NCBI GenBank assembly: GCA_041305385.1
Contig: JBFYLO010000030.1
Location: 794-64,793 of the forward strand
Source of the DNA: Candidatus Micrarchaeota archaeon
Lineage (GTDB): Archaea > Micrarchaeota > Micrarchaeia > Burarchaeales > JAKAKT01
Direction: 5' to 3'
Length of the DNA: 64,000 nucleotides
The translations under genes and the position numbers were made by a program. Under the pieces are notes generated by a model that searched no databases, was not told where the DNA came from, and worked only from the letters and a program-made list of their open reading frames with translations. Below, piece after piece: positions 46,962 to 55,200 of the stretch. Positions within the stretch are counted from its first letter, which is position 1. Each line of letters begins with the position of its first letter.

Positions 46962-47528
46962 CTATGGCGGCTCAATCCTTCCCCTGCACATCCCGGTTTC
47001 GGTGTGTATTACATCGGAGCGCGGGGAGGTGTAGTTTATGGCGAGCTTGGTTGTGAAGACCAGGTTCATGTCCCCTGGTATCTCCATGGTCCCGTTAACT
47101 ATGAACCGCTGTCCCGCAGTCATGTTAAAGGGAAACGCAGTGGCGTTGACTGTGCATGTGCCTGACCCCACCGGGCACTGCCAGACGTATAACTGCGGGC
47201 TGTCACCAAATCCGATGGGCACGTCGTTCCCGTCCTGGTCCTTAAGCGTGATGCCCGAAACAGTTATGTTGGTGCCCCTGTTGTTTATCATCTGGAATAT
47301 GATGACTGAGCGGGTTTCCGGGGAATCAGGATGGGGGGTTACCTTGAAGTCTGGTATTCCAAAGCTGGAGAACATCCAGCACTCATTGGAAACGTTGAAA
47401 AAATTCGCGTCGAAAACCTTCAGGCTCATCAGCAAAAGGACTATTATGCCGACTATGAGCATCGCCCAGCCGTAGGTCATGAGGTACTCCATTCCCGTCT
47501 GCGCCTTGCCGGCTTTCCAAATTTTCAT
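46962..47528 (-). CDS. pilin with a class III signal peptide (MEYLMTYGWA type)
   Basis: MKIWKAGKAQTGMEYLMTYGWAMLIVGIIVLLLM. Confidence 0.6.
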   Translation of the reverse strand: MKIWKAGKAQTGMEYLMTYGWAMLIVGIIVLLLMSLKVFDANFFNVSNECWMFSSFGIPDFKVTPHPDSPETRSVIIFQMINNRGTNITVSGITLKDQDGNDVPIGFGDSPQLYVWQCPVGSGTCTVNATAFPFNMTAGQRFIVNGTMEIPGDMNLVFTTKLAINYTSPRSDVIHTETGMCRGRIEPP

Positions 47529-47538
47529 ATCAATCCGC

Positions 47539-48570
47539 TCACGGACATGGTTGAGTTATTTTGTAAATGGCAGCGTGGTCATTATCCATCTTGAACCAGT
47601 TGTTGGGGTTGCTCGTTATGATGGTCACGCCGGTGCCAGGGTCCACGGGAGTGCCTTCGTAGGTGATTCCAGTAACGTTGCACCCCTGGAAGAATGTCGA
47701 GTTGAAATACAGGTGGTCGACCATGGTCGAATTCGGCCTCACTGGCATGCCCTTGGGCGCGCTTTGGACAAGCTCATAGAAGTTAACGAAGCTCTCGATG
47801 CCCATGTTCGGGTATTTGTTGGTGCAGTTGTGGGGAACGTCCTTGGTGCTGAGGCATCCCTGAAGCCGCTCCATGAACGATGGGGCCTCGCTGCTGTTCG
47901 TGTACCAGCTTTCGTTTATCATGTAGGAAAGCGAGGTCGTGTCGTTGATGGTCATGTTCGCCTTCTTTATCTTCCTCTCAATCGACCCAAGCGTGTTCAG
48001 GGGGTAAATCGGGTCGGTGAAGCCTTCGATGGGAACGAGGGTCGTCGCATTGTAGATGCGGAAGAGCTTCATGTTCCCGCCCCTGTCGGTGATGTTCGCC
48101 TGGAGCTCTATGGAGAAGTTCAGGGTGAACGGGTCTGAGTGGTTTATCTTTAGGTTCATCACCGAGATGTTCGCGATGAATCCGTGGTTTGCCCCTATCA
48201 GCTCAGTGGACCTAATCCAGTTGGCGAACGAGCTGTCCATCATTATCGGAGCCGAGGCTCCGTTCGAGTAATTATTCAGGAGTATCAGGTGCTTCAGCTC
48301 CCCATCGGAATCGTTGACTGTCCGGCCATAGGTGTCGGTGTAGTCGATGACGGCGACAATTGCCCTTTTTGAAGCAATGTCAAGAACGCGCGGGACATCA
48401 AGGGCTATGGAGTCCGCGTAGTTGGCGAGCTCTATGCCCTCAAATTTCACGGTCATCTGCTCGCCCTGGGTCTGCACCGCGCCCATGTAGCTGGTTATGT
48501 AAAGCACTATGGGCGCAAGAAGGGACAACACCATCAAAGAGTAAAAGATTCCTGCCGAGGCCATTCTCAA
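47539..48570 (-). CDS. pilin-like surface protein with a globular domain and dense N-glycosylation sequons
   Basis: N-terminal hydrophobic helix MASAGIFYSLMVLSLLAPIVLYI. At least 13 N-x-S/T sequons in 343 aa. Its stop overlaps the upstream gene's start. Confidence 0.5.
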   Translation of the reverse strand: MRMASAGIFYSLMVLSLLAPIVLYITSYMGAVQTQGEQMTVKFEGIELANYADSIALDVPRVLDIASKRAIVAVIDYTDTYGRTVNDSDGELKHLILLNNYSNGASAPIMMDSSFANWIRSTELIGANHGFIANISVMNLKINHSDPFTLNFSIELQANITDRGGNMKLFRIYNATTLVPIEGFTDPIYPLNTLGSIERKIKKANMTINDTTSLSYMINESWYTNSSEAPSFMERLQGCLSTKDVPHNCTNKYPNMGIESFVNFYELVQSAPKGMPVRPNSTMVDHLYFNSTFFQGCNVTGITYEGTPVDPGTGVTIITSNPNNWFKMDNDHAAIYKITQPCP

Positions 48571-51500
48571 TCACCGTGGATTACCCACGCCACTACGCCC
48601 ATCTCTATCGGTCCCCAGAGGTATGGAACCTCCGTAACTGATGATACCCTAATCAATATGTCGGGTGAAAGCTCGACGTCTATTGGGTTGCACTCCGACC
48701 CCGACCACTCGGTCCCATCACAGGTTAGCGGCCCTGGTCCCGAGTATCTGCTCGAATCAAAATTTATGTAGTCGAGAAGCCTTATAAATGCATCATCTAT
48801 GGAGTTATATTCCGGGTGCAGGCGAGGGTCGGAATAGCCCGGGCCAGTCATTTCAACGTGCGTCGGGTCGAAAGTTACTCCTTCTACCCCATAGCCAAGC
48901 AGGATGGTCTGGTTCCCATCCTGCACCCCGTCCCCGTTAAGGTCATAGTAGATTGTGACGTTTCGGCCGACTGCCAGGTCAAGAACGCTTGAGAACGGGA
49001 CCGATGCCTGGAACCTGGCCTTGTAGATGACCCTGTTCGCAGTCGGGCATTCCTTGCTGTTGTTATTCGCCGCTATTCCAGTCGTAACATTTATGTAGTT
49101 GGTTTCGTTGGACTTTAGGAGCCCGGACGGGAACCTGACGATGAACGGGTCCCCGAGTTTGGCGTATGGAGTTAGGTATGTGGAAAGGTTGAACACGTTT
49201 CTCCACTGATTTCCGGTGTTGCTTGACCGGACCGTGACGTTGTGGGTCCAGTAGTTGGAAGAGTAGGAGGTGACCCGCGCCTCGTAAGGCTCGAACCACT
49301 CCGGGATATAGAAGCTCCCGGAACAGTTCCCGAGAGGGTCGGTCTCCTGTATGATGGATATGTCCCTGTAGCCGAGCGGGGGCACGTCATACTCGAAATC
49401 GAACTCCAGGTAGGACTCGGGGTAGAGCGTCGTGCTGATGTTGCCCTCGAGGCTTATCTCCTGGGTCACGTTTGCGATTGTCCGTATCTTGTCGCCCAGC
49501 ATCATATAGATTAACTGGAGCTCGCTTGCGTTGCTGCTCACATAATATGTGCCGTTCCCCGCATCAGCAATTCCCTTGAGCGTGCAGTTGGCATTTGTGC
49601 AGTTCACAACTGGCCCGAAGCCCACGGCATCTACGGTGAGATTCAGGACAGTCTGGTTTGTGTAGTAGGAACTCCAGATTGCGTTGTTGACTGCAGCATA
49701 GCAAGAATCGATTCCCGTGTCCAGACAATTCCTGGGGCTCGTACCGTTGCAGCAGGCATATCCGATGGTCTCGGTTCCGTTCCAGACAGGAATCGACCAC
49801 CGCAGTATTCGCCCGTTATCGCCAGCGGCAAAACCCAAGGTGGAGTTCACCATATCGGATGTACGGAGCGCACTTGTGGTCGGACTGTACCTCTTGTCCC
49901 ACTCCCCGTTGTCCCATTCGCTTATGTTCCCATTGGCGCCCATCGCGTAGCCGAGAGTGCCGTTTACGAAAAGGCCGGAATAGTAATTTATCGCTGGGGC
50001 GGGTGCGCTGTCCAGGGACCAGGAGGTGCCATCGAATCTGATTATCCGTCCCGCATCTCCAAACGCGTAGGCCCTATAAGTCGAGTTATCCACGAAAGCC
50101 AGTGCCCTGAGCGTGTTTGCAGTTGGGGAGGCCATGGCAGTCCAAGTGGGATATGTCCATTGGTAAATGACACTCCCCCCGCTTGCTCCTGCGCCCACGA
50201 TGAAGCCCTCGTTCCTGCTCTCGTTGATTCTCACAGCATAAAGAGCGCCTGCGCCTGCTATTGGGTTGTATAGATATGACCAAGTGGCCCCGTTCCAGAC
50301 GAGAACCCGTCCGTTGTCTCCGACTGCGTATGCAAGAGTGCCGTTAACTACGAAAACGCTTCTGAGTGTGCTCCCGCATCCTCCTGGTTGAGTATCCGCA
50401 GCCCATGAGCCGGTCCATTTTCGTATGACGCAGCTGTCCCCGACTGCGAAGCCAAGTGTGCGGTTATAGAGGTGCACCGCCCGGAGAATGGTGGCTGGGT
50501 CACTCTGGAGAGACCATGATACGCCGTTCCAGGCCAGCACCCTTCCTCCCCCAGAGGGGTTTCTGCCTACTGCGAAGCCGAATGTGTCGTTCAGGATGTC
50601 CATGCCATAGATTGCGCTGGTGGTCGGGCTCGTTTCCCCGCTCCACCAGTAGCAGCTGCCAACCGGGGTGCACCGATATCCGGCTATCCCGTCGCTCATG
50701 ACGACTATGAACTTCTTCCTGTTGATGCTTGACTGCGCCTGCAGGATTTCGCGCGCCTTGTTTATGGCGCAGCAGATGCATGTGCCGCCATTAGCATCAT
50801 AGTCTTCTATAGTTTCGTTTAGATACAACGCATCGGTAGACAGCGAAGTGTTTGTCGCAGAAGTGCTAAATGAAACGAGAGCCACCCTGTTGCCTGTGGA
50901 GCCGTTCAGCACTATGCTTATGAACTGCTTGTCAAGGCATTTGGCAAGGGCGAGGCGCTGGGTGTTTCTCTGGGTATACATGCGAGAATCAGAGCAGTTG
51001 TTGCTCCATTCGCTTCCGTCTGTATCATCATCATAACCTATCCTCCAGTCCATGCTCCCGGAAACATCGGTGATGAGCACTATGTCCGCTATGCCGAGGC
51101 CCCCGCCAGTGAGGTTCGCGCCTGCAAGAAGCCTGAGCGGGACTGTGACCTGGCTCAGGTTCCCATAGTTGAGGACCGAAGAGAAGTTTATGTCCTGTAT
51201 GTAAATCTCTTGTATGGCGTCTGTGCCGCTGGCCTCATAAACAGTCTTGTTGGCAACCACCATGGTCGTGGTGTAGTTGTTTAGGAGGCGCAGGTAGGCG
51301 GTTATTTGCTTCAGTTCCCCTGGCACGTAGAAGGAATCATAGAGGTTCACTAGGCCATCGATGCCTGGGAAGTAGTAGCGCTCTGACCCAGTCACTATCT
51401 CGCCCAGCTGGGAGGTGTCGTAGACGACCTTTATGTATCCGCCGCCGATGTATTTCTTGGTCAGGTTTCCGCCAGTAAAGTTAATTGTGAAATTATTGAA

Positions 51501-52277
51501 GCCTCCCTTCGATATGTTTCCTATGCAATGGGAGTTTGTGATGTTCCAGGCGTCTGCGGAGAAGTTCCCGCCGCTTTTGTTGAATTGCCCGCAGTACTGC
51601 CCGTTTATGGACATGGTGAAGTTGTCGCCTGCATCAACCTCCATGTAAATCAGCGAGACGTTGGCATCCGAGGGAACTCCCCTGACGACTGCAGTGAGGT
51701 TCCCCTCTCCGATAAAACCGCCGAAGAAGAAATACTGCGCCGACTGCTTGCCGAGAATATTCGAAAGGAACGCCCTCGCGGTGAAGCCAACGTGGGGCTT
51801 GCTCTTCATGTAGCCGGAGACCATGCGCCTGCTCACTGTCACGATTCTGCTGTCGGGGTCCAAATGCGAAGTGTTGGAGAGCGTATCGTTGTGGACCGTG
51901 AACGCCCAGTGGACGCTTTCCGGAACCATGTGCGTCAGTATTGCATTGGTAAGGTTTCTGGCGGCTTCGGTGTCGTTCGACCTGTTGAGGGACCACAGGG
52001 CGCCATCCACCTCCAGGATTGTGTTGTTGAGGTCCTTGTCATTCACATAGCCCGCGTAGTAAAGGTCCCTGACCTGCTTCTCGCTCCAGATGTCAGAAAG
52101 CCTGAGCCTAGCCAGCATTCCAATCATGTCGCCGGCTTGCGAATAGATGGATTCCTGCATCAATTCGGAAGAGACTGACTCCAGGGAGACGAGGGTGAAG
52201 AGGTAGACTACGGACATCAGTATGAGAAGCGCGAAAATCGAGTCGATGGTAAAGAAAAATCCTCTCATTTTATCCAA
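48567..52277 (-). CDS. giant pilin-like adhesin (1236 aa): class III-like N-terminus, vWA domain, beta-propeller repeats
   Basis: N-terminus MDKMRGFFFTIDSIFALLILMSVVYLF. MIDAS motif DIVLITDVSGSMD, then LVSFSTSAT, then VVMSDGIAG. At least 7 repeats of about 48 aa, G..G.[IV]..W.G..W. Its C-terminal domain is shared with the next giant. Confidence 0.7.
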   Translation of the reverse strand: MDKMRGFFFTIDSIFALLILMSVVYLFTLVSLESVSSELMQESIYSQAGDMIGMLARLRLSDIWSEKQVRDLYYAGYVNDKDLNNTILEVDGALWSLNRSNDTEAARNLTNAILTHMVPESVHWAFTVHNDTLSNTSHLDPDSRIVTVSRRMVSGYMKSKPHVGFTARAFLSNILGKQSAQYFFFGGFIGEGNLTAVVRGVPSDANVSLIYMEVDAGDNFTMSINGQYCGQFNKSGGNFSADAWNITNSHCIGNISKGGFNNFTINFTGGNLTKKYIGGGYIKVVYDTSQLGEIVTGSERYYFPGIDGLVNLYDSFYVPGELKQITAYLRLLNNYTTTMVVANKTVYEASGTDAIQEIYIQDINFSSVLNYGNLSQVTVPLRLLAGANLTGGGLGIADIVLITDVSGSMDWRIGYDDDTDGSEWSNNCSDSRMYTQRNTQRLALAKCLDKQFISIVLNGSTGNRVALVSFSTSATNTSLSTDALYLNETIEDYDANGGTCICCAINKAREILQAQSSINRKKFIVVMSDGIAGYRCTPVGSCYWWSGETSPTTSAIYGMDILNDTFGFAVGRNPSGGGRVLAWNGVSWSLQSDPATILRAVHLYNRTLGFAVGDSCVIRKWTGSWAADTQPGGCGSTLRSVFVVNGTLAYAVGDNGRVLVWNGATWSYLYNPIAGAGALYAVRINESRNEGFIVGAGASGGSVIYQWTYPTWTAMASPTANTLRALAFVDNSTYRAYAFGDAGRIIRFDGTSWSLDSAPAPAINYYSGLFVNGTLGYAMGANGNISEWDNGEWDKRYSPTTSALRTSDMVNSTLGFAAGDNGRILRWSIPVWNGTETIGYACCNGTSPRNCLDTGIDSCYAAVNNAIWSSYYTNQTVLNLTVDAVGFGPVVNCTNANCTLKGIADAGNGTYYVSSNASELQLIYMMLGDKIRTIANVTQEISLEGNISTTLYPESYLEFDFEYDVPPLGYRDISIIQETDPLGNCSGSFYIPEWFEPYEARVTSYSSNYWTHNVTVRSSNTGNQWRNVFNLSTYLTPYAKLGDPFIVRFPSGLLKSNETNYINVTTGIAANNNSKECPTANRVIYKARFQASVPFSSVLDLAVGRNVTIYYDLNGDGVQDGNQTILLGYGVEGVTFDPTHVEMTGPGYSDPRLHPEYNSIDDAFIRLLDYINFDSSRYSGPGPLTCDGTEWSGSECNPIDVELSPDILIRVSSVTEVPYLWGPIEMGVVAWVIHGD

Positions 52278-55200
52278 GTCACCACGCCCACATCAACTGG
52301 ACCGTACATATACGGGACTTCGTTTATAGCTACGCTCCGCATTATTATATCCTCCGTGATTTTCACATCTATCGGGTTGCACTGCGAGCCCGGGGCCTCG
52401 GGTGAACCGCTGCAGGAGTTGTCAGTTATGAAGTTGAGCTGCCCCATGAGTTCGAGAAGAGTGCTTGCCACTGCATTCGTTTCGCTCTCATGCTCTATGA
52501 AGGGCATCTCCACAATCGTCGGATCGAAGGGGACATCCTTGAGGTCCTTGCCCACGGGCAACGTCACGTTCCCGTCCGTGACCCCGTCGCCGTCCAGGTC
52601 GTAGTATACCCTTACGTTCCTTCCGGTTATTTCAGGCAGAACAGAAGAAAACGGGACAGAGCCGCGAATCAGCGCCTCGTATATGGCCCTGTTCCTGTTC
52701 GGACATGTCGCGCTGATTACGCCTGGCCGTTCGCCCGTGGAAACGTTGACTGTAATCACAGCCGGGGCATTGGAGGTTATCCCTGGATATTGGGCCCCTG
52801 GCCCGAGCGGGTCAGTCGGGTCGAACTCTATTACATACGGGTCGCCGAGGCTCGAGAAGCTGTTTCCGAAATATGAGAGGTTGAACACCGGCCAGTTGCC
52901 TGTCCCATTGTCAATGGTCACTCCACTCGTCCAGAGGTTTCCGGAGTAGGAGGTTACCTTAACATTCAGGGGAGTCAGCGCAGCAGGCACCTGGAATTGG
53001 CCAGAACAGCTCGGGAAGGCATCGGTCTCGACAGTCGTAATCAGGTCCCTGTATTCGAGCGGCTCGGACTTTGGAGTGTAGGTGAACTGCAGGTAGGAGT
53101 CTGGGTATAGGATTGTCTGGTTCGCTCCCCTTGTCTCGATGACCTGGTATCTGTAGCTGAGGTTGAGCAGCTGGGCTGCAATCGCCCTGTATGCATCCAT
53201 GAGCATGCTCGTGTCCCTCGCATCGAAGTATGTCCCGTTTGCGCATAGGGCGGTCCTGTTGAGCGTGTCAGCATCAACATCCGCCCCGAACCCCACGGTG
53301 TAGATGATGATTCCGTGGTTGTTGTAAGCGTTGCACGCAGCCTGCACCGTGTCCTCGATTGCGTCGCCAGTCATGCCTGGCCCCATCCCGGCGCATCCGC
53401 GGTTCGCCCTGCCGTCGCTCATCACCGCCATCGACCTAATCCTGCCTGGAGGGGATTGGGCAATGAACATGTTGGTTGCCCGGATTATCCCGCAGCAGAT
53501 GCACGTTTCGTACCACGTCTCGGAATCGTTCACGAAAGCGCTGAGCTCCGTTAAGTCGTTGGTAAAGTCATGCGCATCCACGATGCCATCCGGAAAGAGT
53601 GTCGTGTCTGGAGAGTTCGGGCACGGCGGGTCCTTGACCAGGAAGGATTTGGAAGAGGAGCCGGCTGCTGCGGTGAAAGTGATGTCGGATGACAAAAGGG
53701 TTTCCCATTTCATGGCCACTTGGGCGGATTTGCCTGGCTCGATTATCGGGATATCGACGGCACCTATTTTTTCCGATTCAGCATAGAACTCGACTGTTCC
53801 CCCGTCGCTTGCCCCTTCCCCGTAGTTCTCGAGTGTCGCAGTAAGCCTGAACTTGGAGAGAGAGCCGCAGGCTGCACGGGAGGGGGAAACTAGGAACTCG
53901 GAAATCCTCAGCATCGGCTTCTTTTGCGGCGGAGCCAGCAGAACCTGCTTGAGGTGCTCGATGAATGGCGCACCGTGCCCGGCGCCGCTTATGAATATGG
54001 TCGTCTGGTTTATGGCGAGGCAATCTGATGGGGGCGGGATGGAGTAATGGCACTGCCAGCTGTCCTCATCGTAAAATGCATCCTCGGGGCCAGTCGCGCC
54101 GCCCGCATAGCCCGGGTTTGACCATGCATAGATGTTGTAAAGCGTGTCGAAAGCGAGGGTCGTATACCAGTACGCGCTCACGTTGGCGGACTCCCCTGGC
54201 TGCAAGGCAGGCGTGTTGGTCTTGTTTATCCTGTCGCCTATGCCGTTGAAATTAGGCGCGAAGAAGTTCACATCGAAGTCGCGGGGGGCGGGGCAGTTTG
54301 CGTTCCTGTTTCGCACAGTCGCGTTGATTTGGACCAGCTCATCTGAAACCTTGGCAGCACTGATGTTCGTCACTGCGGTGCGGACCCAGCTGTTTTCGAA
54401 ATATGACCAGAAGTAGTTGTCAGTGGGGCCTCCGTATGCCTCGTGGTTCTCCCAGATGTAACCTTGCCCGGCAGGCGGCCGATGCAGACCAGAGAGGATT
54501 ATGCTGCCAGTGCTGTTCGGGATGAAATCAACAAATCCGTTTATGTGGAACCCATATTCCGGCTGCTCGGAGACGTGAACCCCGAGGAAAGGATTTATGC
54601 CGTCCCATACATAATGGAGGTTTGCCACCTGGCCCCTGTTGAGCCCGTTGAATGTCTGCTGGTAAAGGTTTAGCGAGTTGGTTCCGAAAGTCGTGGAGAA
54701 GCCGAAGCTTGAGTTGAAGGGCTGGTATATGTTGCAGGGACCATCGTTCGTTATGTTCATGTCAACAGTGTAATTGACCCCGACCCCGAGCACACGGCAG
54801 AATGACCCAATTTCCAGATACTCGGGCGGGTCGTAGTAGGGCGGGGCGCCAATATCCGGGACTACGTGCATTCTCGTTATGTTCAGGTTGGATACCTGCT
54901 CCTGGAATATGTAGGTTGCGTTGTTGTTGTCTTCGTTTTCCTCAACGATGACGTTCTCTGGGTCAGCCCAGCCAATCATGCGGAGGTCCTCCATGGTATT
55001 CAGGACAATGTTGAAATGCTCGTATGAGGTCGCGCCTTGGGCCAGCCCGTGGAGGGTGTGAGTACCCAGAAGCGTGACCGGAGCGGAACCCCCATAGGGA
55101 GTTGAGGAAAGGGTGACGTTGAAATCATCCGTTGTTGGACAGCCTCGGTTGGTAACGGTGACCATAAAATCGAGCGGGACGTTCTCACCGAAGCATATCC

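Noticed and set aside
47479-52178. Plus-strand ORFs 47479..48138 and 51528..52178 inside the giant pilus operon
   Set aside because: Antisense to long, motif-bearing minus-strand genes, and Arg/Val/His-rich.
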